From assembly GCF_009914755.1 (NCBI RefSeq), contig NC_060932.1: DNA of 64,000 nucleotides. The stretch is one strand, 5' to 3'. The DNA comes from the human T2T-CHM13v2.0 reference genome, Homo sapiens. The notes under the pieces were generated by a model that was given only the letters and a program-made list of their open reading frames with translations, did no database searches and had not been told where the DNA came from. Position numbers and translations under genes: made by a program. Below are positions 13,591 to 27,879 of this stretch, one piece after another. Numbering within the stretch: position 1 is the stretch's first letter; the number at the start of each line of letters is the position of its first letter.

Positions 13591-13639
13591 AGGTAAAAAT
13601 ACATAGAGAATTCAATTTTTTTAATTAATTTATTTTTTT

Positions 13640-13790
13640 GCTTATAAACAACAGATTTTTGTTTTTCATAGTCCTAGAGCTGGGAAGTCCAAGATCATAG
13701 TGCAAACAAATTTAGTGTCTGGTGAGGGCCTATTCACTAGTTCATGGACAGCCATCTTTTCATTGTGACCTCAATTGGCTGAAGGGCCAA
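13640..13790 (-). mobile_element. MaLR LTR fragment (MLT1A/MST-like)
   Basis: GCTTATAAACAACAGA...GCTGGGAAGTCCAAGATCA...GTGTCTGGTGAGGGCC. Confidence 0.7.
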
Positions 13791-13881
13791 AAATAAATAT
13801 TATCACAGTTTTGGAAAAAATTCCCATTTATACTCATTGGAAATGTACTATAAGAAAAAAATGTAGCAAAAAGTGAGAAAA

Positions 13882-14168
13882 GGCTGGGCATGGTGGCTCA
13901 TGCCTGTAATCCTAGCACTTTGGGAGGCCGAGGCAGGTGGATCACCTGAGATAAGGAGTTTGAGACAAGCCTGGCCAACATGGCGAAACCTCATCACTAC
14001 TACAAATACAAAAATTAGCCAGGCTTTGTGGCACATGCCTGTAATCCCAGCTACTCGGGAGGTTGAGGCAAGAGAATCACTTGAACCCAGGAGGCGGAGG
14101 TTGCAGTGAGCCAAGATCACACCACTGTACTCCAGCTTGGGCGACTGTTTCAATCAATCAATCAATAA
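13882..14168 (+). mobile_element. Alu SINE (AluS-like), (TCAA)n tail
   Basis: Full Alu dimer. Confidence 0.95.
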
Positions 14169-14177
14169 ATGCATGCA

Positions 14178-14466
14178 TGCTGGGTACAGTGGCTCATGCC
14201 TGTAATCCCAGCACTTTGGAGACTGAGGCGGGTAGATCACCTGAAGGCAGGAGTTCAAGACCACCGTGACCAACATGGTGAAACCCTGTCTCTGCTAAAA
14301 CTACAAAAATTAGCCTGGCATGGAGGTGGGCGCCTGTGGTCCCAGCTACTCGGGAGGCTGAGGCAGGAGAATCGCTTTAACTGAGGAGCGGAGATTGCAG
14401 TGAGCCGAGATGGTGCCATTGCACTCCAGCCTGGGCAATAGAGTGAGACTGCCTCAAAAACAAACA
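14178..14466 (+). mobile_element. Alu SINE (AluS-like), in tandem with the previous Alu
   Basis: Full Alu dimer. Confidence 0.95.
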
Positions 14467-15939
14467 AAAAAGTAAGAAAAAATAACTATAGTTTTAAAAT
14501 ATGACATTTATTTTTTACTTAGGTAAAAGCAGGTAATTGAATTATAAGAAGTATAGCCCTAACTGTTCAACACCAATTTCTAAAATTCTATTGGTTTTCC
14601 ACATATTGTTTTAAATCCCCAATTTTACATTAATTCCATAGAATCTATTTTGCTTTTGAAGAAGAAATGGAAAGAAGAAAGGGGGAAAAACAGAAAGGAG
14701 CCTCTTGTTGACAATATATTTACTAGACTGTATGTTAGGTAGTTTACTTTTATTTTATTCTCTTTAGAACTCTTCATAATATATATCTGCAGAAACAAGC
14801 TAGTTTTAGCGCAGTTAGATCACTTGCTCTGGGCCACTCATCTAATCATTAGTAGAGCCAAATTTGAACCTGTGTCTCCCAATTTCACATCTAGCACTCT
14901 GTTGGTGATTTACTCTGCCATCTATTTGAGTCCGTATTCATGTGTGTACCAAGAGGTCATCATCAATACATAGACACACATATGAGAGGAAGGAAGATAG
15001 AATGCTGTGTTATTTAAAACTAACCATCCCCATTGCAGAGAGAAATCATCAGGGACCCACTGAGAATATTGTGGCGGCTTCTTCAATGGACTGCTTGTTG
15101 ATGTGATGTTTCCTAATGTTTTCAGCAATCACTCCATGGTTTATCACCCTGATGTGAAGATGGGTTTGAGTGTTTGAAGTGTGAGAGAAGTTTCTCAAGC
15201 AGATAGAGTGAACTAATTTTCAGCCATTAATAACGTGTCTATTTCTATTTTCTTTCTGGCATCTCCAGGACTACATTAAAGGCTCACTGACCTGTTACAT
15301 TTAATTTGAGAAAAAACAAATCCACTTTTGAAATCATGGAAACCAGAAACATTAGAAAGAACAGAACTCTATTTTCACCCCTAGAACTGAAAATAGTGGT
15401 TATGGTTTGAAATGCTTTACAATGGGAACATAATATGATTGTTATTAGAATAGAAATGTCTCCAGAGTTTTGAAATACATATTGTTTTTATTTACTCTTA
15501 AAGCAATGCCATTCTGACATATTTTAAAATTAAGTTTTAATATCTTAAAAATATTTTAAAATATTTTAAAAATAAGTTTTGTAATTCAGGTGTTGCATTT
15601 TCATTCTCACAAATGCCTTTGGTTATGAGCTTTCCAAAAGGGAGTGCAAAAAAGGTGAAAAGGGAAGGGAGCCCCTTGGCCCAGCACTACCGTGGCTGCT
15701 TTAGCTTCCTCCATCAGGATCTGTGTTTGTGTACCTAGCAGTTCACTTCTTCTCAAACATATCATTATCCTGTGCTTATCCATTTCCATTTATTGGAAAT
15801 AATGTTTGTTTAAAGGGAATATTAAAATTTGTTACTGGGTGCATTGACTTAATTTGATATTTATTGAATGCCCACTATCCGCCTATTGCTGTTATTAAAA
15901 AGAAAGACAGGTTTTTGCTTTTGTATAGCTTACATTCAT

Positions 15940-15992
15940 GTGAGAGTGTGTGTGTGTGTTTGTGTGTGAGTGTGAGTGTAAGAGAGAGACAG
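15940..15992. repeat. (TG)n/(GA)n microsatellite
   Basis: TGAGAGTGTGTGTGTGTGTTTGTGTGTGAGTGTGAGTGTAAGAGAGAGAC. Confidence 0.9.
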
Positions 15993-15999
15993 ACCAGTG

Positions 16000-16365
16000 C
16001 CATTAGTGACATGAAATATGAAAAAAGAGATGGAGACCAACTAGGGGCTGAGGACAAAAATGGTTTTAGACAGGGTCATCAAAGAAAGATCAAATTAAAT
16101 TTGATCTGAGTCCTGAGTTGTAAGAAAAATTACAGAAGGGCAAGGAGCAGGTGCTGGAAGCAGAGGGAACAGCAAATGCCCTAGAATATTCAAGCAAAAG
16201 AAAGAAAACCAGCGTTGCTGTGATATAGAAAACAGGAAGAAGAGCTCAAAATGAAGTCAACCATTTAGAGAAATGCAGTCACAGTGAGGATTTTGCATTT
16301 TATTCTAATTCCAGTGGGAAATTATTGAAGAGTTTTAACCAGGGGAATAATGTAATCTGATAAAA
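16000..16365 (-). mobile_element. L2 LINE fragment
   Basis: GCAGAGGGAACAGCAAATGCC and GGATTTTGCATTTTATTCT...GAAGAGTTTTAACCAGGGGA...ATCTGA. Confidence 0.65.
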
Positions 16366-17542
16366 ATGAAGAGTTAACGTCTAAAAATGGAGGATTTAAG
16401 CTTTGTATTTTAGCATCGTTTTAAAGGTAAAAGATCAACAGTAATTATGAAGAAGGCAGCACAACAATTTTGCACATCTTCTTTCCCGCTTGCCCTTTTC
16501 CCTCTAGAAAGCCCATGATTTGACTTTATGTTTTTGTAATGGCAAAAATCAAGCTTGCGTGGAGCCCCTCTGGCTTGGTGGTTTTCCCGCATATGTCAGT
16601 TGAGTCTGATGCCAGGTGGCAATTGAAATAAACACAGACTATTAGTTCAATCATTGGAGCATTTTCTATCTTACTAGGAGGAGGTGAATATCAAGTGAAT
16701 TTGATGAATTGTGAATTCACTAACCGGCAGCTGTGGCTAGAATGGAAACTGAGACATAGACCAAAAAGGTGACAGCTCTTTGAGCAGGAGTCGCTGGAAA
16801 CACAGCACATGAACTTCCCCTGCAGCCTGTGTTCCTTGGCAATAACATGTGCTCTCGGGTGTGCTGGCAGAGACCATGTGGCCATCTGTCCTAGAGCAAT
16901 GGGTTTCCGTGGTATCCTGTCATTCAGTTAAAACTGTTCACAGATTAAAAAAAAAAGATGAAATGTTTCTATATTCCTCACCGCTTCTAAGGAAAGAATG
17001 ATATCTGGCTAACCTACGGACAGAATACAAGGTATCGTCCTTTGGAGATTGCCTGGAAGCAGCAATCTGGAAAGTTAAGTGCAGATTTTAAGTGCAGAAC
17101 ATCTGATGTGTAGTTGCTACATTTCTGTGGTTATTCAGCAAACTGTTGGGATACTGATAATGTCTATTTGAGGATATTTGCATATCTATCTTATCTGAAT
17201 GTAATTTTCTGGTTAGTGTTGTACAACACTGGGAGACAGAGAAATGTTATCACTCTAAGTATGCTATATTAAAAGTTTAAATCTAAGGGACAAGCCTTTC
17301 CTTTTTAGTCTCTGTGTATGATTTTGGAAATTCTGATACTTTAACAGTACAAGGTCCTACATATTTTAGCCAATATTCTCCTCCTACGATGGGTATGAGG
17401 CAGGTGTGCTTAATAACTCCTTTCTGCAGTTATAGAACTTAATGCTTAGGTAGATTTTTCTGAGAGTCTCACTAGAAGGCATTGGATGAGCTGTTTACAA
17501 AAAAACTAACTTTACTTCAACAAAGTGTCTTTTAATACCTAC

Positions 17543-19845
17543 TGATATGGTTTGCCTCTGTGTTTCCACCCACATGTTATAACTCCCATAATTCCCAGGT
17601 GTTGTGGGAGGGACCCGGTGGGAGATGATTAAATCATGGGGACGGATCTTTCCTGTGCTGTTCTCATGATAGTGAATGGGTCTCACAAGATCTGATGGTT
17701 TTAAAGATAGGAGTTGCCCTGCCCAAGCTCTGTTTTTTGCCTGCTGCCAAGTCACATAAACTGTGACTTGCTCTCCATTGCCTTCTGCCATGATCGTGAG
17801 GCTTCCCCAGCCATATGGAGCTGTAAGTTCAATAAACTTCTTTCTTTAGTAAGTTACCTAGTCTTGGGTATGTCTTTGTCAGGAACATGAAAATGGACTA
17901 GTACAATAAGTTGGTAACGGGAGTGGAGACCTGCTGAAAAGATACCTGAAAATGTGGAAGTGACTTTGGAACTGGGTAACAGGCAGGGGTTGGAACAATT
18001 TGGAGGGCTCAGAAGAAGAAAGGAGAATGTGGGAAAGTTTGGAACTTCCTAGAGACTTGTTAAATGGCTTTGACCAAGATGCTGATAATGATATGGACAA
18101 TGAAATCCAGGCTCAGGTGGTCTCAGATGGAGATGAGGAACTTGTTGGGAACTGGAGCAAAGGTGACTCTTGTTATGTTTTAGCAAAGAGACTGGTGGCA
18201 TTTTGCCCTGCCCTAGAGATTTGTGGAACTTTGAACTTGAGAGAGATGATTTAGGATATCTGGTGGGAGAAATTTCTAAGCAGCAAAACATTCAAGAGGT
18301 GACTTGGGTGCTGTTAAAGACATTCAGTTTTAAAAAGGAAACAGAACATAATAGCTTGGAAAATTTGCCTCCTGGCAATGCAATAGGAAAGAAAATCCCA
18401 TTTTCTGAGGAGAAATTCAAGCTAACTGCAGAAATTTGCATGAGGAGGAGCCTAATGTTAATCCCCAGTACAATGGGGAAAATGTCTCCAAGGCATTTCA
18501 GAGGTCTTCATGGCAGTCCCTCCCATCACAGGCCTGGAGGCCTAGGAGGAAAAAGTGGTTTCATGGGCTTGGTCCTGGATCCCTGTGCTGTGTGTGGCCT
18601 AGGCACTTGGTGCCCTGTGTCCCAGCCACTCCAGCCATGGCTGAAAGTGGCCAACATAGAGCTTGGGCCATCAGTTCAGAGAGTGCAAGCCTTAAGCCTT
18701 GGTGGCTTCCATGTCATGTTGAGCCTGCCAGTGCATGGAAGTCAAGATTTGGGGTTTGGGAACCTCTGCCTGGATTTCAGAGGATGTAGGGAAACACCTG
18801 GATTTCCAGGCAGAAGTTTGCTACAGGGGCAGGGCTCTCATGGAGAACCCCTGCTAGGACAGTGCAGAAGGGAAATGTGGAGTGGGCACCCCCACACAGA
18901 CTCCTCACTGAGGCACTGCCTAGTGGAGCTGTGAGAAGAGGGCCACCATTCTCCAGACTCCAGAATGGTAGATCCACCAACAGCTTGCACTGTGCACCTG
19001 GTAATGCTGCAGATGCTCAATACCAGCCCATGAAGGCAGCTGGAAGGGAGGCTGTACCCTGCAAAGCCACAGGGATGGATCTGCCCAAGACTACGGGGAC
19101 CTACCTGTTGTATCAGCATGACCTGGATGTGAGACATGGAGTCAAAGAAGATCATTTTGTATCTGTAAAATTTGACTGCCCTGCTGGCTTTTGGACTTAA
19201 ATGGGGCCTGTAGCCCCTCTGCTTTGGCCAGTTTCTCCCATATCAAATGGCTGTATTTACCCAATGCCTGTACTCTCATTGTGTCTAGGAAGTAACTAAC
19301 TTGCTTTTGATTTTACAGGCTCATGGGCAGGAGGGACTTGCCTTGTCTCAGATGAGACTTTAGACTATGGACTTCTGAGTTAATGCTGAAATGAGTCGAA
19401 ACTTTGGGGGACTGTTGGGAAGGCATGATTGGTTTTGAAATGTGAAGATATGAGATATGGGAGGGGCCAGAGGCTGAATGATATGGTTTTGTGCTGTGTC
19501 CCCACCCAAATCTCACCCTGTAGCTCCCATAATTACCAGGTATTGTGAGAGGGACCCAGTAGGAGATGACTGAATTTTGGGGGTAGGTCTTTCCTGTGCT
19601 GTTCTCGTGACAGTGAATGGGTCTCACGAGCTCTAATGGTTTTAAAAACAGGAGTTGCCTGTCCAAGCTCTCTTTTTCTGCCTGCTGCCATCCACATAAG
19701 ATGTGACTTGCTCCCCCTTACCTTCTACCATGATTGTGAGGCTGCTCCAGCCACGTGGAACCGTAAGTCCAATAAACCTATTTCTTTTGTAAATTGCCTA
19801 GTCTCAGGTATGTCTTTATCAGCAGCATGAAAATGGACTAACGTA
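17543..19845 (+). mobile_element. Full-length THE1 (THE1A-like) MaLR element: 5' LTR 17543-17905, internal 17906-19478, 3' LTR 19479-19845
   Basis: Two direct LTRs of about 365 bp starting TGATATGGTTT; about 1.57 kb THE1 internal sequence (CTGAAAAGATACCTGAAAATGTGGAAGTGACTTTGGAACTGGG); purine-rich tract GGGAGGGGCCAGAGGCTGAA before the 3' LTR; degenerate TSD CCTAC/TATAC. Confidence 0.95.
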
Positions 19846-20125
19846 TATACAAACCTGCGAGGTGAGGCTTCTGTCCTTTCTCTCATGGAGCATATATTCT
19901 TCCTGGAACAATATGGTAAATAGTTCAGTTTGATAAAATTTAAACTGAAAAATGCAGTATTGGGGGATAATCTAACAAGTGTCTAGAACATTTGTATAAG
20001 AAGGAGAATACTATATTAAGAATCTAGACTTTGTGTTGTGGAGCTGTTGACAAATTTTAAATAGAAACATAATCCTATTTGTGTTTTAGAAAGATCAATT
20101 TGGCAATGTGTGTAAAATATATATA

Positions 20126-20768
<643 letters not shown>

Positions 20769-21679
20769 TATATTGGAAGAGGCTGATAATGGATGTAGAG
20801 AAACAAAACTACTTAATAAATTCAACCAAGTCAGATAAATTCAGGTCTACTTCCTGGGGTTCAAAAATCTCAGCCAATTGCTTAATACACCGTTGTGTGT
20901 TTTTCATGTATTTCATTTACACTTCCACATTACAACTATGTGTATTGATACTGAATGAGAAATGACCGCTGGAGTCAAATGACCCCTGGAGAATTCAGCT
21001 AATGGTACTAAGCTGAGTAGCCATCTGGAGAAATAAAATAAGATCTCGACCTCACAACTTATACCACAAAATTTACAGATCGATCATAGATTTAAGGTAA
21101 CAAACTGAAATCAAGTCTTTAGAAGGCACCATGGAAGAATTGCATGTAGGTAAATATATAGGAATATTTTGTATATGTAAGATAAATATGCATATAAACT
21201 ATATATGTAAAAATTTATATATGAAAAATAAAACCCCAATCTAAAACCCCAATCTATAAGGAAAAAGATTGCTGACCTCAACTAGATCAGCAGCAGCAGC
21301 ACCACCATCATCTACATGTAAAACCCATAATAGGAAAAATGCAAAAGACAAATGACAAATGAAGAGAACATACTTGGAAGGACTGATATTTTTAACATTG
21401 CTCTTTTAAAAAAACATTCCAATAACCTAGTAGGAAAACAATAAGCAAAAGACATAAAAGGATGGTTCACAGAAAAAATATATAAATGGCTCAAATATAT
21501 GAGAAGATGCTCAACTTCACTCATAATAAGAGAAATACAAACCAAACTATACAAAGATACCAATTTTGCATAGTGGTTTGGCATGCATATTGCTGTTGGC
21601 AAGGGTTGAGGGAGCAGGCACTCTCAGACGTTTTGGATAAGAATGTAAATTGCTGTAATCTCTTTGTGGCAGTGCAGGG

Positions 21680-22108
21680 TGTTAAAAGAAAAACTTCAGC
21701 TGAATTAAATTTAAAGGAGTTTAATTGAACAATGACCGATTTGTGAATCGGGCAGCCCCCAGGATCACAGCAAATTCAGGGAGACTCCAGGAATACCTCA
21801 TGTTCAGAACAAATTTATAGACAAGAAAAGGGAAGTGAGGTACAGAAATCAGAAGTGAGGTACAGAGATAAGTGGATTGGTTACAGCTCAGCGTTTGCCT
21901 TATTTGAACAGTTGGAGCACTCAGTAGCCTATGACTGGTTGAAGTATGGCTGCTGGGCTTGGCCGAGACTGAACTATTTTTACAGGCGCACACTGCTAAG
22001 TTAGGTCTTGTATCATGTCTACCTATTAAGTTAGGTTGCAGTTCGTCCACAAGGACTCAATATAGAAGTACAGAGTCCTTCTCAGGCCATATTTAGTTTG
22101 CTTTAATG
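21680..22108 (-). mobile_element. MER57-type ERV1 solo LTR
   Basis: TGTTAAAAGAAAAACTTCAGCTGAATTAAATTTAAAGGAG...CAGAGTCCTTCTCAGGCCATATTTAGTTTGCTTTAA matches antisense MER57 consensus as recalled. Confidence 0.85.
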
Positions 22109-22190
22109 GGGCAATTTGAAAACAGCTATTAAAATAGAAAATAACAAAATGTCCTTTGAGTGGGCAATTCCACCTCTAAGAAATTATCTT

Positions 22191-22685
<495 letters not shown>

Positions 22686-25629
22686 TTAAATATATGCTTT
22701 GCCTATGTAAAATTTTATATGTGTGTGTTTATTATACAGGGCATTTTTTCTGAAGCAGCAAAATTTTGGAAACAATCTAAATATCCGTTAATGGGGAATG
22801 ATTAAATCAGAATATCCTACAATGGAGCACTATGCAACAATATATAAAGGAATGAGGCAAGCTATTCATGGTCTTAAATGGAAAGGCTCCCATATTAATT
22901 GTTTAAAAAGTGCAAACAGGTGCATTGGTACCCTAATATTTGCGTAATATGAGATAAAAAAGAGTAAATATATGTAGATCCATATATATTCAGGGTTAAT
23001 TACATATGCATGAAATACCTCTGTAACAATGTAAACTACAGTGATAAAATTTGTTGATCCAGAATGGAGAAATTGGGAGTCTGGAGTTTAGGATTGGGAG
23101 AGATCATTTTTACATTCTACTCTTCCTTTTGTACCTTTTTCATTTTGTACCATGTGAATGTATAATCTACAGAAAAAAATAATATTAAAGAGAAGAACAG
23201 AACCAACCATCAGAAGTCAAAAATAATCTGTAATAAAGGACTACAGACTATAAGAGATTAATTTTTTCCCCACCTAGTTTCTTATTTAATGTTTGTCTGT
23301 GATCATTTCTTTTCACAAATGAAGAAATTGCATTGTAAAGATAAGTAACTTTTCCACAATGATGTAGCTAGGAAGTGGACCTTAGATCTGGCTTCATATC
23401 TCATTCATTTAGTCCTGTTTGCATTTCAATTTCCAATGCTTTACTTGTTTCAACACTTTTTTTTATTTTAATATAACGGACATAGCTAAAATGTGTTGGT
23501 GCCTACTTCTTTCCTGCACAGAACTTTCTATTGTTGTTTTTTCCCTTTTAGAGTTTTAGGAAGCTTAGGAGTAAGGTTGAGTTCAAAAATGCCTTGAAAC
23601 ACAAGGACAAGAGACAAAGTCTGAGAGCACAGTTAGTGGCCCCAAAGTTAGACTTCAGACTGCCACTCAGAAATAGTTATAACAGGCAACTCTACCTTAC
23701 AGAAACTTGAAGAACATGATAAATCATTCATCCTTGTTTGAGAGGTCACTTTATTACATGCTGCATGAGTGGCAGATGGAAGGAAAATACTTAGAAATGT
23801 ACTAGGAGAATGGTTTTGTCTATGTACCCTGTGGATATTATGTTTATTAAGTCCTATCTTACTTTCGAGGAGAAAATTGTGCCCAGTAATTATGTGTCTC
23901 TTACTTGTCAGTTCCTAAGAGATCCGCTGACAGATAGGGTGCCAATTATATTGACAGATCCTGCTCCCTGAATTCCACAGTGGCGTGGCTTAGCTTTGCC
24001 CTCTCCCACCTGCTAAGAGTAGATCATTAAAGTAGGTAGAGAGACACCATCAGGAAAGGAACACAGCCAACAAGGTGGAGGGGCCAAGTTTTCTTTTAAT
24101 CATAGGTCTCCCTCCAACTGAGCAAGTTCCAAGGATGAGAGTCATGTAAAACAAGAAGTCTCAGAAGCACAGAAGTGTAAGAACATGGAAGGAAAGAGTC
24201 CATGCTGGTCTCATTGAAATGAGATGGGCTGTAAGGCTAGCCTTCATGGCTTGGTTTTGTTGTTATTTGATTTAAAAAATCAAATGGCTTTTCTAGCAGG
24301 GTTAATTAAAGTCTGGATTTAAGTATAAAGATTGCTGAAGGATCTGATGTTGGTCTTGTCCTTCATAATTAGAGGCACTTGTGATATTAACTTGGCTAAA
24401 CAACTGTGACAAAATTGAAATAGCCAGAAGAGACTCTTCATTCAATACCAAAATATTACATTTAGAGTTAATATTCAGTGTTAGTGAGGAACAAATGGGC
24501 AATTTACCTGTTAGTGGGTGTTAAATTAGTGCAGTTCTTCCAAAGAGTTTTAACAATGTTTCAAATATGGTTAAAATGTTCATACATGTTCAATCAGCAT
24601 TCCACATCAAATTATTTCTCTTAAATTTCTTAAATATTTGAACAAATATGTACAAGGATGTTCATAGCAGTGTTGTTTATAATGGTCAGAAACTGTGAGC
24701 CTCCTAAATGTTTAGGAAAAGGATTGGAGAAATATTCAGTCATTATAATGTCAATCTGTATTTATCAATATGGGGAGACGTTCATGTGTTATCCGAGAAA
24801 GATAGTTTACAAACCACATTTGTAGTGTGATTATGGTTTTTGCACATTTATACACCATACATGCCTAGTGTAAAATATACAATAACATGTGCCCAGCAAT
24901 TCCCTTTGTGTGATAGGCCTAATAATGCCTTTCTTTTTTTGTACTTTTTGTTTACATTTTCTATTTTTTCCACTACAAACGTGAATTACTTATGAGATGA
25001 AAAAAAGAAAAAAAAATCTGCTAAGGGATCTACCATCCAAAGCATTTTATCTAAATTTTAAGTTGAAACATTAAAAATAGATAATATTATGTGCTCTAAT
25101 AAATAAAACTAGTGTACTAGTATTCAGTATATAGCAGGTTTGGAGAGTGACAACCAGTTTGGTTTACCTATAATATAATTTGCAAGTAGATGATTAGTGG
25201 ATCCTAAGCTAAGAAGCCTGCACTCTGTTCAATAGTCTTTCAACAAGTTGAGGGAGCTGTACCATTTGAATAGGGTAATGATCTGATTAATTGTGCCATA
25301 AGACAATTAATATGGCGATACTTCATAAGATGAATGGGAGGAAGAAGACATCTCTTTTAAAATATCTTGACTGATCAACAGAAATTTGTCAGTAGTAAAT
25401 TACTCATTTCCATCCATGTTTATAACACTACTATCTTTTGTTCATCAAGTTGATATACATTCAGAGTTATATTGATGAGAGACATGCTTACTTGTGGAGG
25501 GAAAACAAGGAAGGTCACATTTAAACCTTAACAAGACTATTTTTGTCTCATGTAGCTTTCTCATCACAGAAGTAGTACTAGGCCCAAAGAAGTTATTCAC
25601 ATACTGGTTAAGCACTTATTCTCTAGAAT

Positions 25630-25840
25630 TAGAATGTTTGGTTCTGAAGTCATTCTACCACTTAATAGATGTGTGACTTGGAACAAGTTACTTATACTTT
25701 CTGTGCCTTAATTTACTTACCTATTAAATAGGAAATTTACAGAATCTACTCCATAGTGCAGCTGTGAAGAGTAAATTAAATAATACCAATAAAGTGTTTA
25801 GAACAGTGGCTGGCTCATAGCCTTCAATAAATATTGAGGA
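25630..25840 (+). mobile_element. MIR SINE
   Basis: CTACCACTTAATAGATGTGTGACTTGGAACAAGTTACTT...TAAAGTGTTTAGAACAGTGGCTGGCTCATAG...CAATAAATATT. Confidence 0.85.
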
Positions 25841-26659
25841 TATTATTTTTCTCCTTTTGAAAAAAGAAAAATAAGAGTCAATGTTATGTCTGGACTTGAA
25901 TTTGTTGTAGTTTGCAAATCTGCAAGGAGAGAACCAGACCTAGTGGTCTGCATTTTGTTTGTTTGTTGCTTGCTTGCTTCTTTTTGCTAGCAAGAGAATC
26001 TATTTGGTATGTAGAGTAGAAATAAATTAACCCAAGGCTAGGGAATTCATTTCAAAGCTTAAATGAAAAAATTTAATTCTTATAGAACACATTTTATACT
26101 TTAAGTGCACAAACACGATTTCCAATAACAAAACTGTTTATAAATTTAAGTGGTTAAATTATTTTATTTATAAAGTTTTCTTCCCACTATCAGGAAATAT
26201 AGGGAATCATATAACTGAGCTTAGCGAGTTTGTGTAGTTTAATCTTGTAGGACTTGACCCACCCTATTCTTTGTGTATGATACTGATGTGGACACTGAAA
26301 TATAAATAGTGCATAAACACCTTTCTCTCCCCTTTAATTCATGGTTAGTAACATACTTTGAATTCCATAAGTCTTGTCATTAGTTAAATTATAGTGTATT
26401 CATGTATTTAAAGTCAAAGACTTTTAAGTCCACAATTTTTCATTTATACATCCCATTTACAAAATGTGAATCCTAAACTTCATGATATTTTAGGACATGG
26501 CCACGTTTAAAGTTCTATGACAATAAATATGTGGCTGGGAGTCAATATTCCTGGATGGGTAAGTGCTTGCTAGAGGGTAACTCTCATAGGATGAAATGGT
26601 TGGTGGTTTGGTTTCAACTTGTGTGGGCATGTAATTTAATATTTCAAATGATTTTAGAG

Positions 26660-26945
26660 TTCATTTATCCAACTAATATCTAATGGATAGCTACTAAGTG
26701 TCAGACACTCTTCAAACTACGGGATTAAACCTCCATCAGACAAGTGACCTCATTTTATGGAACTTACGTTCTGCTTTACAAGACAGGATATATGAGAAAA
26801 GTAAATAAACAAGGTTTTCAGGCAGTGCTAAGTTCTGAGAAGAGAAGAAAATGAGATACGGTGGCAACCAGTAACTATGGAGACTGTGTTAGATCAAATC
26901 ATCAGGGAAATTCTCACTGAGAGCTTGACATTTGAGCTGTACCTG
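26660..26945 (-). mobile_element. L2 LINE 3' fragment
   Basis: TTCATTTATCCAAC...TACTAAGTGTCAGACACT...TCAGGGAAATTCTCACTGAG...GACATTTGAGCTG. Confidence 0.65.
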
Positions 26946-27019
26946 ATCCCAGAGACCTCTCTCCAGGTCCTTTGTCAAGACATTCAATGATCACCTTGGA
27001 GGGTTTGTTTGTTTGTTTG

Positions 27020-27610
27020 TTTATTTTAAATAGACCTTGCATTTTAGAATAGTTTCAGATTTACAGAAAAAATTGTGAAGATTATAATAGAGTTCCCTTA
27101 TACCTCACCAGTTTCTGATATTGTTAATGTCTTACATTAATATGGTATGTTTGTCACAATTAATGATCCGATATTGACACATTATTATTGATTAAAGCCC
27201 CTACTTTATTTCTTTTAAACTTCTGTCCTTTTTCTGTTTCGGGTTAAACTTCTGCCCTTCTGTTTCAGGATTCCATCCAGAGTACCAAATTACATTCGGT
27301 TGTCATGTCTCCTAGAGACCTCTTGGCTTTACCAGTTTCTCAGACTTTCCTTGTTTTTAATAATCTTGATAATTTTATAGAGTATTGGTCAGGTATTTTG
27401 TTGAATGGCCCTCAATTAGGATTTGTCTGATGATTTTTGTAATGATTAGACTGGGGTTATGTGTTTTGGAGATGAAGGTCACAGAGGTAAAGTGCCATTT
27501 TCAGTGCATCATATCAAGGGTACATATGAGCAACATGAGCTGTCAGTGTTGATGTTCCCTTGATTACCTGACTGAGTTAGTGTTTGTCAGGTTTCTCTGC
27601 TGTAAAGTAT
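27020..27610 (-). mobile_element. L1MC4-like LINE-1 3' UTR fragment
   Basis: TTTAGAATAGTTTCAGATTTACAGAAAAATTG; CAGTTTCTCAGACTTTCCTTGTTTT; GATTAGACTGGGGTTATGTGTTTTGG. Confidence 0.8.
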
Positions 27611-27879
27611 ATACATAAACTGGTCTTTGTAGAAAATGAGTGAGGGGAGAAGGCAGAGGAGTCTGGAGCTAAGAACCTAGAAAGTTTGCTTGATAATAAC
27701 AGTGGTGCTCAAAGATAACTAATTTGCTGGCAATAGGTGGAGAAATTTAGAGGAAAAAGAAATGGGACAATTTCCTTCTGTAGTCTCAGCATATTAAGAT
27801 ATTCTCTAATATTTCATGTACAAATTTGCATTTTACAATTAGAGTTTTATAAATAATTATTGTATAATAAAGGAGTCCA

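Noticed and set aside
15548-15567. 20-bp perfect palindrome AAAATATTTTAAAATATTTT
   Set aside because: Low-complexity AT sequence; expected by chance or slippage.
18170-18934. 254-aa ORF as a host protein-coding gene
   Set aside because: Entirely inside the THE1 internal region, TTG start, no exon structure.
21287-21311. Short (CAG)4 run
   Set aside because: Too short and not in a credible coding frame.
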